IMG/VR virus record: IMGVR_UViG_3300020045_004936 | Coordinates: 1-45,399 of that record | DNA: 45,399 bases | Strand: one strand, 5' to 3' | From: a virus | Taxonomy: Duplodnaviria; Caudoviricetes | Shown here: positions 18,435-27,335 of the stretch, piece after piece | How the letters are laid out: every line of letters begins with the position of its first letter | How positions within the stretch are numbered: position 1 is the first letter of the stretch | Position numbers and translations under genes: made by a program | Notes under the pieces: model-generated | Databases searched by the model: none | The model's input: the letters and a program-made list of their open reading frames with translations, nothing else | What the model was told of the DNA's origin: nothing

Positions 18435-18690
18435 CTGGTTCCCCAATCTGTTGGATATAGCTAATCTGGCAAGGCTCACAAAAGAGCTGTAAGCTAGGCT
18501 GTAAACAGATGACGCAATAGAACGGCCTCGGCTCAGTCATCCTCATCCCCATCATAATCCAAATACTCTTCGCAATCCTGGCACTGTACCTTCCCGCGCC
18601 CAAAGAGCCTCGCTATGGGCCTTGTATGCTCGTGTTCGCATTCTCTAGGCTCCGTATAACCCCCGTCAATCTCCGGTATTTGACCGCCCA

Positions 18691-18825
18691 TTAGCTTATC
18701 CCCTCATTAAGCGACACTCTCGGATGCTTCTTTGCCCATGCCCTAAATTTGCACTTCTTAGAACAGTATTTATGAGTAACCCTATTTACCTTGAAATTCT
18801 TGCCACAATCCAGGCATTTTGCCAT
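18691..18825 (-). CDS. 44-aa Zn-finger microprotein (CLDCG...YCSKKC)
   Basis: Translated by hand; GGAGG upstream. Confidence 0.6.
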   Translation of the reverse strand: MAKCLDCGKNFKVNRVTHKYCSKKCKFRAWAKKHPRVSLNEGIS

Positions 18826-18879
18826 ATTCCTGACCTCCCATGATTTAAACGGCTATTTTGAAGCCTACAGACCCCACTT

Positions 18880-19101
18880 TTAGGCCGTTGTAGGAATTTG
18901 CCTATAGGGGCTATACGGCCACAAAGCACAAGTTTGAATCTCGCACGTTCCAAGCTCTCCCATACCGTTGCAATCAAAGCACTTAGCGCGTATAGCTTGT
19001 CTTTGTGTCAATCTTTGGCCTTTTAAGTGCTTAATCAGGTCGTTTTTACCCTTCCTAAGTGGCCCACGTTCTGCGCTCTTAATAATTTCGTCATTAGGCA
19101 T
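18880..19101 (-). CDS. Conserved Zn-binding phage protein (AIRAKCFDC...C...C.LWPY)
   Basis: AAGGAG RBS, four-Cys motif. Confidence 0.7.
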   Translation of the reverse strand: MPNDEIIKSAERGPLRKGKNDLIKHLKGQRLTQRQAIRAKCFDCNGMGELGTCEIQTCALWPYSPYRQIPTTA

Positions 19102-19149
19102 AGATAAGTCTCCTTTTTGAGACTATTATAACAACGTTGCCAACGGTAG

Positions 19150-19503
19150 TCAACGCTTTAGATAATGATGCAAAACATTCCTAAGCCAATTTACGTTAAG
19201 CCCCGTAGGGTCATTCTCTGCCCCAATCGGACAATACCTATCCCTCAAACACGTCCAGTAATCCTTCCCGCAAGCGTGTCCAGCGTGTCGCTTCCATTGG
19301 TTCCTAACCGTATTCAAACACGCCTGCCTCGGTGTCGTGGTCTTATACTTGGTCAATATGCCGTATGGATGCGCCGTCCTAGCCCCGCCCTCTGCCTTGT
19401 AAATGGCATCCGCAAGGCGTTCAAAGTCTGGTATAGGCTCCGCCCTCCCAATCCCCGAAAGAGCTATTAACCCCAAGCACACAAGGAACGCTAGGCGCTT
19501 CAT
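19150..19503 (-). CDS. Secreted lysozyme-like (muramidase/glucosaminidase-fold) protein
   Basis: Sec signal (MKRLAFLVCLGLIALSGIGRA), AI..AEGG catalytic-Glu helix, PYGI, RYCPIGAENDPTGLN.NW..NV motif. Confidence 0.65.
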   Translation of the reverse strand: MKRLAFLVCLGLIALSGIGRAEPIPDFERLADAIYKAEGGARTAHPYGILTKYKTTTPRQACLNTVRNQWKRHAGHACGKDYWTCLRDRYCPIGAENDPTGLNVNWLRNVLHHYLKR

Positions 19504-19718
19504 GCTATCCTCTTTTCATACTCTGTCAGCTCCTTGCCCGTCATGCCCGCCTTGAGCCGCTCTAAGTCAGGGTAAAGCTTGTCAAACGAATAGAGCGAAG
19601 TCGTGCGTCTATCCATTCTTAGCTTAATTTTGACAGCAGCATTAACGCGCTTTTGGTCAAATTCTCCGGCAAGCACTCCCTTACTCGCTGTCGCTTTGTC
19701 TTTACTCATGGGACACAC
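19500..19718 (-). CDS. Hypothetical protein
   Basis: ORF track; start may be 19709. Confidence 0.55.
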   Translation of the reverse strand: MCPMSKDKATASKGVLAGEFDQKRVNAAVKIKLRMDRRTTSLYSFDKLYPDLERLKAGMTGKELTEYEKRIA

Positions 19719-19869
19719 TCCTTTAGTTTTAACTCGCCTCTGTTGTAAGCCTTTCTAACTAGGTCAGTCACACAATGGACGCAATCAATCGCCTTTTCTG
19801 CTTCTTCATGCGGACACCGCATAGCTTTTAATGCCCATGTTTCATTGTCTGCCCAGTCTGGACGCTCCA

Positions 19870-20589
19870 TTATGCAAGCTTTGCCTTTAACCGCTTGATT
19901 TTAGTTGATACGCTCGTCATTTGATACCCTGCAAAGCCTATCCGGTTACAGAAATCAGGCTTTAATATCTCCCCCGCTTTATCCCTTGTAAACATAGTAT
20001 CGACGGCCATAATCGCTTTAATCTGTGCTTCTTGGCCGTCTTTCTCATACTTCCTTATTGCCTTGTTGACATCCCGCATAACGCGCCCCGTCTTTTCAAG
20101 TTTGGCAATATCGGCCTTAATAGCCTTGACGCTCGCGCTGTCAGTCTCTTTGATAGCGTATTTGTCAACTTCGGCAACCTTAACGGCTTCTTTCTGTGCC
20201 TTTTCATCATCAGAAAGCACCGGAACAAGCGTTAAATGGTTATCGTCTATCTTGAAGCTATAAGCCTTCTTCAACATCGGTTTAAGCGTCTCTATAGCTT
20301 TCTTCATCGGCTCCCCGTCAAAGCACTCAAAAGAGAACGTAGGCGAGCCATAATAGCCCATAGGTATTGACGGCTCTGCTTTGCTCGTCTGGAATACCCG
20401 AAAGCGCTTATGTTTGCCCCTGGTATAAGGGTCTAAAGCAGCAACATAGAAATAGCTCCATTTCTCCTCTAGCGCTTTCTTGATAGAAGTATCCTCGTCT
20501 AATCCATTTATTGAGAAGTGAGCTATCCCCAAGCTATGAATACGCGCTTTCTCGGTGTCAATCTCCGCTTGCGTGATATTCTTTGTCAT
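19870..20589 (-). CDS. Early protein with DUF3560-like C-terminal region
   Basis: M..VNKAIRK...PDFCNRIGF..Y......IKRLK resembles that family from memory; near the start of the early operon. Confidence 0.5.
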   Translation of the reverse strand: MTKNITQAEIDTEKARIHSLGIAHFSINGLDEDTSIKKALEEKWSYFYVAALDPYTRGKHKRFRVFQTSKAEPSIPMGYYGSPTFSFECFDGEPMKKAIETLKPMLKKAYSFKIDDNHLTLVPVLSDDEKAQKEAVKVAEVDKYAIKETDSASVKAIKADIAKLEKTGRVMRDVNKAIRKYEKDGQEAQIKAIMAVDTMFTRDKAGEILKPDFCNRIGFAGYQMTSVSTKIKRLKAKLA

Positions 20590-20622
20590 GGCATCCCCAT
20601 TATTTGTGTAGGTTAAACAGCC

Positions 20623-20766
20623 TTAATTGAATACGCTTACTTCCCATTTGTAGAACGCTTTTTGACATTGGACAGAGCAGAAATTTTGCCCTTTGTCATC
20701 ACAAATAGATGCTGATTCCTTGTTATCGCAATTCAGACACTCATAAAACGGCTGTTTATTGTCCAT
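20623..20766 (-). CDS. 47-aa Zn-finger microprotein (CLNC...FCSVQC), first early gene
   Basis: Translated by hand; AAGGGGG RBS. Confidence 0.55.
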   Translation of the reverse strand: MDNKQPFYECLNCDNKESASICDDKGQNFCSVQCQKAFYKWEVSVFN

Positions 20767-20815
20767 CTCATCCCCCTTTGTTATCCGTCCTTTGTCATTC
20801 CCTACTTACATAGCC

Positions 20816-20844
20816 AGTATAAAGGATTATATAGGATTAGTCAA
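20816..20844 (-). promoter_or_regulatory. Early promoter TTGACT-17-TATACT
   Basis: Near-consensus boxes at the head of the minus-strand operon. Confidence 0.75.
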
Positions 20845-21018
20845 TATCTTTATTTAAGCGTAATTAAGCGCATTTAACATACTATATATGGTATAGGATT
20901 AAACCTTGCCACAATAAACATAAGCAGAATACTCAGGTATACTTCAAGTGGTTACTGTAAGTGCAGTAAGTCTGATAAGTGTTAAAAGTCCCGCAATTAT
21001 CGTGCTTACTTTATTCGC

Positions 21019-21047
21019 TTGACAAGCGGCTTATTGTTGACTAAAAT
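21019..21047 (+). promoter_or_regulatory. Promoter TTGACA-17-TAAAAT upstream of the terminase genes
   Basis: Consensus -35, near-consensus -10, each embedded in a palindrome. Confidence 0.7.
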
Positions 21048-21090
21048 GGTCAACATTAGTATTTGAACTCCAACTATTTAGGGTCATTTT

Positions 21091-21363
21091 ATGGCAGGCC
21101 GAAAAGGACGCTCTGGTCGAAGGATGGATTTAGATGGCATCACCATTGGAGAAATTGTTGCTGGTGCTATTTCTCTGACTTATCGTTTTATGAATGATGA
21201 AACTCAACCACTAGATAAACGTGCTGAAGTCGCATCCAAATTTGTTTTGAAGCGCATCGCGGATAAGATTGATATTGAGGTGCAGCATCAATTGACACCG
21301 GAACAAATGGCCCTTATTAATGAGCGCATCAACACTCTCTTCGCTACAAAGCTTATCGCCTGA
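21091..21363 (+). CDS. terS: Putative terminase small subunit
   Basis: MAGRKGRSGRR N-terminus; directly upstream of and overlapping TerL. Confidence 0.6.
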   Translation: MAGRKGRSGRRMDLDGITIGEIVAGAISLTYRFMNDETQPLDKRAEVASKFVLKRIADKIDIEVQHQLTPEQMALINERINTLFATKLIA

Positions 21364-23251
21364 GCAGATACTAGCCGCGCACAAACAAGGCGCGTTGACA
21401 GATAATGAGCTTGTCCTACTAATCGACACGCTAGAGCGCGAACGCTGCAAGTCAGACCTTTTTTATCTCGCGCATGATATACTTGGCTATTCCGACCTAA
21501 CCGAATCAATCCACCGCCCGTTGTGCCAACTAGTCGAATCAATCAATCTACTTATCATCGAGCTTAGAGATAAGGCACTTAAGGTAACTACCGTAATTAC
21601 TGCAAGTGCGGTAACTACTTCAACTATCGAAACTCATGCGGATAATTTAGCGTCGTGGTTTGGATATACGGCGCGGGATGCTTTCGGGGGTAGTGGGGGT
21701 GGGGGTGAGAAGGGGTTATCCACCAAACAAAATTTCATAAAAAATTTCTCTCTGCCAAATAACAGTTCTATTAACAAGCTGGTAGAGCAGAAGATTATTC
21801 AGTTTAACCCCGAAGCGCGGACCCGCCTGTTCCTCCTATTTCGCGGCGCGTTCAAGTCCACTATCATCACCATCGCCCACACGATTCAGCTAATGCTGAT
21901 TTGGCCTGACATCCGCATACTCATAGCCAGCCACAAAAAAGAGGGCGGCTCTCAGAAGTTCCTCGGCTCCATCAAAGACCACTTTATCCGTAACGAACGC
22001 TTTCGCAAACTCTTTCCAGAATATTGTCCAAAGCCTAATTCCACAGGCCAGATGGAGTGGGGAACATCTGAGATGGTGACGCTTCCAAATAGGTCCTCTA
22101 CGGCGATTTACCCAGAAGCCACGATAGAGATAGCAGGTAACACAACTGACGTCACAGGTCGCCACTATAACTATCTCAAGATAGATGATATTGTTACCAG
22201 AGAGAGCGTCACAAACGAACAGATGCTGGAGAGAACGGAAGAGTTCAATGCGCTTCTAACATTCCTCTTCGACAACCCAGAATGGGGCATAGCAGACTAC
22301 GCAGGCACCTGCTACCACTTCGCTGACCTCTATGCCCAACTGCGTGACTCTGACCAGATTACAAAATTCATACTGCCTGTCTGGGATGAGAATCAGATAC
22401 CCAACGTGCCAGAACGTTTCACAACCAACGGCATCGAAGCCATCAAGAATCACCCTTCTATGACGAGCTATCAGTTCTCAGCCCAGTACATGATGAATCC
22501 AGTTCCAGAGGAGGACCAAACGTTTCGTCCAGCCTGGTGGAAGCGCGAAGGGTTCTACTACGAGGAAGGTGGACTGCCTCAGAATCTCAAGGTCGCTATC
22601 TTCGTAGACCCTGCAAACTCACAGAAGAAGAAGTCGGACTACACAGCACTCTTTGTTGTGGGAGTAGATGAGGATGGAGAATATTGGGTGCTGGACCTTG
22701 TGCGCGATAAGCTAGATGTAGAAGGTCGCGCTCTTCTCGCAATCAAGTTCGCCATGAAGCATGGGACGCATAAGATAAACTATGAGAGCGTTGGATTCCA
22801 GAACACAGATGCATACATTATTAAGAAGCTATCCAAGGAAGAGAATTACTACATTGAAGTAAATGAATTGAAAGGAACAGCGGCTTCAAAAGAGGATAGG
22901 ATTCGCGCCCTCCAACCAATCTTCGAGCGTGGCATCATTCACTTCCCAAAGAAGTATGAGTATTACTCTGATTATCATAAGAGAAGCCTCGATATGTTGT
23001 CCCTATTCAACCGCGAAGCTTGGATGTTCCCCAAGAACGAACACGATGACATGATTGATTGTCTCTCTCAGCTTTGCCGTGTGACAATCTACTCTCCATC
23101 CAAGTCAAAAGAGTCTAAGCCGGACAATATGTTTGAACAGGCTCGTGACTATGCTATAGAAGCCAAGAAACCCAAGCAAGTATTTCATGGTTTCGGCAAC
23201 AAACAGAACTCTCGGCAGAGGGGAATACCTGCGAGAAAGACGTTTCTGTAA
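21320..23251 (+). CDS. terL: Terminase large subunit
   Basis: RGAFKST Walker A variant, GRHY...IDD Walker B, GT.YH coupling motif, VDPA..SDYTA and HDD..D nuclease motifs. Confidence 0.95.
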   Translation: MSASTLSSLQSLSPEQILAAHKQGALTDNELVLLIDTLERERCKSDLFYLAHDILGYSDLTESIHRPLCQLVESINLLIIELRDKALKVTTVITASAVTTSTIETHADNLASWFGYTARDAFGGSGGGGEKGLSTKQNFIKNFSLPNNSSINKLVEQKIIQFNPEARTRLFLLFRGAFKSTIITIAHTIQLMLIWPDIRILIASHKKEGGSQKFLGSIKDHFIRNERFRKLFPEYCPKPNSTGQMEWGTSEMVTLPNRSSTAIYPEATIEIAGNTTDVTGRHYNYLKIDDIVTRESVTNEQMLERTEEFNALLTFLFDNPEWGIADYAGTCYHFADLYAQLRDSDQITKFILPVWDENQIPNVPERFTTNGIEAIKNHPSMTSYQFSAQYMMNPVPEEDQTFRPAWWKREGFYYEEGGLPQNLKVAIFVDPANSQKKKSDYTALFVVGVDEDGEYWVLDLVRDKLDVEGRALLAIKFAMKHGTHKINYESVGFQNTDAYIIKKLSKEENYYIEVNELKGTAASKEDRIRALQPIFERGIIHFPKKYEYYSDYHKRSLDMLSLFNREAWMFPKNEHDDMIDCLSQLCRVTIYSPSKSKESKPDNMFEQARDYAIEAKKPKQVFHGFGNKQNSRQRGIPARKTFL

Positions 23252-23314
23252 AGATTTCTGTTGACATTAGTTAAAATTGGTGCTAATAACTATCTCATAA
23301 CTTTATAAACATCT

Positions 23315-23416
23315 ACAGTAGGCCTCATGAACCTGCTGTCCTGACAAGCAATACTCCCTCGCGAAGGAAGTAGTAAGCCTTACCCATGGCTTCTGCTTCC
23401 TTTTTTGTTTGTCAGG
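23315..23416 (+). promoter_or_regulatory. Structured leader / attenuator-like RNA upstream of the portal operon
   Basis: Hairpin 23315-23339, outer 12-bp stem 23340-23351/23405-23416, inner terminator-like stem plus U run; TTGACA at 23261. Confidence 0.55.
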
Positions 23417-23434
23417 AAACTTTTAAGGAGACGT

Positions 23435-23608
23435 ATGACTGATTCGGAGTTCATTGATTTCCTGTCGAAACATGAAGGAGCAGTGACTCTTGATAAGCAG
23501 TCTTACATGAAGTTAGAGACTCTCAACCCTCCCTACTTAGATATAGACACTGGCGTTATTCGCTTCGAGTACAAAGGTATACCTATTTTCTGGGAGAATC
23601 GTGGCTGA
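23435..23608 (+). CDS. Small hypothetical protein
   Basis: ATG 23435 after AAGGAG. Confidence 0.55.
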   Translation: MTDSEFIDFLSKHEGAVTLDKQSYMKLETLNPPYLDIDTGVIRFEYKGIPIFWENRG

Positions 23609-25658
23609 TAAATTAAGTCCAATGGAACTCTCTAACATTAAGAACCAGCTTCTTATGGCGAAGCGTCTTAATGAAGACCAGCTCCAACAGCAGATGAGAG
23701 AAGCCGTTGAGCGCTACACAGGCGTCTTCATCCCAAACATCGGGGCCAACTGGGACGTTGTCCTCAATGAAATCTACCCCATTATCCAATACAATCTCCC
23801 TTCCACTTTCTTCCGTAACCCCAGGGTATTTCTCAAGCCACGCAACAAAACGTTCATAGCGAAAAAGCGAAATCCACTCTCAGGGGCTATGGAAGAAATA
23901 GAAATGGATTCGGCTAAATCAGCCGCTACTCAAGAAGCAATCCTTAACTACGTCTTAGGAGAGATACGCTTCAAGCAGGAAACTCGCAAGGTGCTTATGG
24001 ATGCCCTCATGTTTAAATTCGGGGTCCTCTGGTGCGGCTACAAGGGTAACTTCGGCATGACGGACGAACTTAGTCTCCATATCAAAGATGATAATGTCTT
24101 TGTGAAGAGGCTCAACCCTATGCGCTTCCTAAAAGACCCTGCCACCAATATGTCGAATCTCGACGAAGCTCGCTGGGTTGCCCGTTCCTTCGACTATCCT
24201 CTCCAAGACCTATATGAAGATGACCGTCTTGATGTTGATAAGAAGTTGATTAAGGGCAAGGTTGGGTTCGGGGATAAGGTATACACTGGTCAAGATAAGC
24301 TGATGCCTGGCGATATCCTTATGCCTGTAACTCAACCTCTCATAGACTTTGCCGATAAGGAATATAAGGACCAGACTGGCTCGCGCTTCGTAGAAATCTT
24401 CGAGATATTCATGAGACCCACACCAAAACAGAAGCGAGACGGAGAGAAGGGGAAAGTAATTCTCTATACCTTCGAGCAAACTAAGCCACTGCGCGAATCC
24501 AAATGGCAATACAAGGCTGAAGGCTGGCCTGCACAGATACTCCAATTTAATGAGTTGAATGATTCACAGTTCGGCTTAGCCGATATTGATACCTATCGCC
24601 AGGACGCCGACCAAAAGAACGCGATAATTAATCTTCAGCTTCGTAACGCGCAGGAGAACTCTAAGGTCTGGGTCGGTCTATCCAAAGAGGGTGCCAATGA
24701 GGAGGACTTAGATGCCATCAAACAGGGTGACCAAACCATCGTGCGCTTTGAAGGTGGCAATCCTCGTGACAAGATGTTTGTTGCGTCGGCAGGAGGCCAA
24801 GCAAGCTCTGAACTCTATCTCATTGACCAACGAATTGATAAGAGCTTGCAGGATAAGAGTGGGGTAAGTGACCTGAAGAAGGGTTTCATACAGTCTGGTG
24901 AGGAATCAGCCACATCCGTCAAGATTCGGTCGGCTGGAGGCTCGGCTCGTCCTAGTTATCGCCAGGATATTATGCAGGAGATGCTCAAGGACTCTTGCCA
25001 CTTCCTCAATCAACTACTCAAGCAATACTTCCCAGTAGATAAGGCTGTTCGCATAGTTGGGAGCCTCGATGTCCAATGGTCTAACAACCCTAGTGAGGAA
25101 GAAGTCCAAGCGGATACAGACGTTGAGATAGACGTTATATCAATGCTCCCTGAGAATCCTGAGCAGGAGTTGAAGGAACTTCAGACTGTCCTCTCCCTCA
25201 TGGTCCAAGGCATCCAAGACCCTGCAATCAAGCAGAAACTGTCAGAAGAGGGCAAGACAATCGAACTCAGCCCAATCATTGAGCAGATTCTTACTCGTCT
25301 CAAGATAAAGAACAGCCAAATCTTCCGCAACATCAAGCCTGAGGAGTCACATGGCTTCGTATCAGTCTCTGAGATTAGGGCAGCGAAGGACAACGTGAAT
25401 GCCGCCCTCGCTGGCAACCCTCAAATCCCCTCTCCCCCTGAGATTCAGCAAGACCACATGGCCAGACTTGAGATTTACACAGAGATTGCTGGAATCGTAG
25501 GCGAGGTTGCTCCTGATTCTCAAGCTGTACAGATACTCCAGCAGTTGATTCAGATACACACAGCCCTATTAGAGGAGCTACAGAAGCAAGAAGCCAAGCC
25601 AGGCGTAAATGTGGGACTCAAGAAGCCTTCAATGGTAGTAGCCGGAGCACAAGAATGA
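23601..25658 (+). CDS. Portal protein (P22-like, long form)
   Basis: 685 aa after TerL; DALMFKFGVLW.G and P..FL.DP.A.....ARW motifs; Gln-rich C-terminus. Confidence 0.88.
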   Translation: MADKLSPMELSNIKNQLLMAKRLNEDQLQQQMREAVERYTGVFIPNIGANWDVVLNEIYPIIQYNLPSTFFRNPRVFLKPRNKTFIAKKRNPLSGAMEEIEMDSAKSAATQEAILNYVLGEIRFKQETRKVLMDALMFKFGVLWCGYKGNFGMTDELSLHIKDDNVFVKRLNPMRFLKDPATNMSNLDEARWVARSFDYPLQDLYEDDRLDVDKKLIKGKVGFGDKVYTGQDKLMPGDILMPVTQPLIDFADKEYKDQTGSRFVEIFEIFMRPTPKQKRDGEKGKVILYTFEQTKPLRESKWQYKAEGWPAQILQFNELNDSQFGLADIDTYRQDADQKNAIINLQLRNAQENSKVWVGLSKEGANEEDLDAIKQGDQTIVRFEGGNPRDKMFVASAGGQASSELYLIDQRIDKSLQDKSGVSDLKKGFIQSGEESATSVKIRSAGGSARPSYRQDIMQEMLKDSCHFLNQLLKQYFPVDKAVRIVGSLDVQWSNNPSEEEVQADTDVEIDVISMLPENPEQELKELQTVLSLMVQGIQDPAIKQKLSEEGKTIELSPIIEQILTRLKIKNSQIFRNIKPEESHGFVSVSEIRAAKDNVNAALAGNPQIPSPPEIQQDHMARLEIYTEIAGIVGEVAPDSQAVQILQQLIQIHTALLEELQKQEAKPGVNVGLKKPSMVVAGAQE

Positions 25659-25948
25659 AGACGCCTAAGTTTAAGCCCCACTTTAACAGAGAAATGGGCA
25701 AGCGTTACTACACAGCTAAGGATTATTACTCCGATATGAAGAAGGTTGGAGTTGAGCCGTACAACCCAGATACTGTAGCAAAAAGGGACACCTCAAAGCC
25801 TTATGAACGTTCTGAGTGGGCGCGAGAGATGCTAAATGATATTAGGAACCGTAAAGGTAGAGCACCTGGTGATAGATTCATTAAGGAGCTTGAGAAACGT
25901 GGGTATACACAAGAACGGGCTGAACAGGCCAGGAGACTCGCACAATGA
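25655..25948 (+). CDS. Hypothetical basic protein
   Basis: ATGA coupling at both ends. Confidence 0.7.
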   Translation: MKTPKFKPHFNREMGKRYYTAKDYYSDMKKVGVEPYNPDTVAKRDTSKPYERSEWAREMLNDIRNRKGRAPGDRFIKELEKRGYTQERAEQARRLAQ

Positions 25949-26133
25949 AAGGTAATGTGGTTAAGGTTAGCGGTAGGACGCCTTCAATGGCGACTCCTAC
26001 GAGAGTAGGTAAAGGTGGTAATGTCACAGGGGTAACGAACAAGGGTTTGAACCATATCTCCAAGACTAGCTCGGCAGGCGGCTTCGTAGCCTCCCGAAAG
26101 AAAGGCTCTGTTCGCGGCTCTCATGTGGCTTGA
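25945..26133 (+). CDS. Small basic Gly/Lys/Ser-rich protein
   Basis: AGGAG RBS, ATGA overlap; no acidic residues. Confidence 0.55.
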   Translation: MKGNVVKVSGRTPSMATPTRVGKGGNVTGVTNKGLNHISKTSSAGGFVASRKKGSVRGSHVA

Positions 26134-26359
26134 AGTATCAGAAGACCTCAGTATTGTAGTTAAATCTGTTGTGGCTGTTGAAGCCGTTGACCAAATGAAC
26201 AGCATTGTGTACACAGATGGGCGCACATTCAAAGTCCCTATGCCAAAGGGCGTTATTATGAGCATGATAGCTACACGCTCAAAAGGCGTAGATTCTATGA
26301 CTAACGTAGAACGTTTATTGACGGACTTATATAAGACTCAATCAACACCAAGACCATAA
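26123..26359 (+). CDS. Hypothetical protein
   Basis: ORF track, overlapping start. Confidence 0.6.
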   Translation: MWLEVSEDLSIVVKSVVAVEAVDQMNSIVYTDGRTFKVPMPKGVIMSMIATRSKGVDSMTNVERLLTDLYKTQSTPRP

Positions 26360-26402
26360 TGCTACCCCAACGGCTTAGCCAGGGAGCTTAACAGGAGAAA
26401 CA

Positions 26403-27323
26403 ATGGACATACCGCAGAGCATCGCCGATAAAGTAGTACCAGTAGCACCTAAACCCACACTGATGAATACGTCTCAGCAGGTGGCGACTGCCAAGCCTAT
26501 GGAAACACCCCAGGTCATGGTCAAGGAGACTCCCAAGGTAGAGTCTCCTGTGGTGACTTCTGCGGACATCCTAAAGCGCACCTATACTCCTGTGCCAGAG
26601 GCTACTGCCACCTCCGAGGAAACCAACTATCGCCAAGACTTAGACAAGATTACCGACCCGGCAGTTCGCGCAATAGCAGAGAAAGCTCTCAAAGATTTTG
26701 AATCCGGATACAACAAAAAGTTTCAGACTTTGGCTCAACAGAAGAAAGAGCTTGAGTCTATGCAAGCCAAGATTTCTACTTGGACACCACAGAGACTTCA
26801 GGAAGAACTGAAGAACCCTGCCTTCGTCCAAGCCATGCAGATACTCCAACAGCAAGCCCCACCGAGTAACTTCGAGGGTTCTAGCGAAGAGTGGTCTGGT
26901 CTTAACGACTCCGAGAAGAACCGCATCTTGAACGCCGAGAGGGAGACTCAATCTCTACGCTCTCAGGTGAACCAAATGCTTCAATCTCAGGAGGACACAC
27001 AAATCAAGCAACTCTATCCCGACTATGAACCCAAGATTGTCGATGAAGCCATAGAAGGACTCCGAACAGGGCAAATTACCGCCTCACGCGCGGATATCTG
27101 GAAAGTGGTCAACCACGATAAGAATGTTGAGAAAGGGTATCAATTCGGCTACGAGGACGGTTACAAAAAAGCTTTAGAGAAACTTAACGGAAGCTCTATT
27201 CTGCCCAACAATGGGTCTGTCACAAGTGCCGATTCGGTTCCAGATGAAGTCAGAAAGGGCGGCTTTTCCTCAATAGCCATCTGGCGACTTGGACAATCTA
27301 AGAATGGCGCAGGAAAAAAATAA
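26403..27323 (+). CDS. Capsid scaffolding protein
   Basis: Disordered N-terminus, Y.KK.Q.LA coiled coil, directly upstream of the capsid gene. Confidence 0.75.
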   Translation: MDIPQSIADKVVPVAPKPTLMNTSQQVATAKPMETPQVMVKETPKVESPVVTSADILKRTYTPVPEATATSEETNYRQDLDKITDPAVRAIAEKALKDFESGYNKKFQTLAQQKKELESMQAKISTWTPQRLQEELKNPAFVQAMQILQQQAPPSNFEGSSEEWSGLNDSEKNRILNAERETQSLRSQVNQMLQSQEDTQIKQLYPDYEPKIVDEAIEGLRTGQITASRADIWKVVNHDKNVEKGYQFGYEDGYKKALEKLNGSSILPNNGSVTSADSVPDEVRKGGFSSIAIWRLGQSKNGAGKK

Positions 27324-27335
27324 GAGGATACTAAA

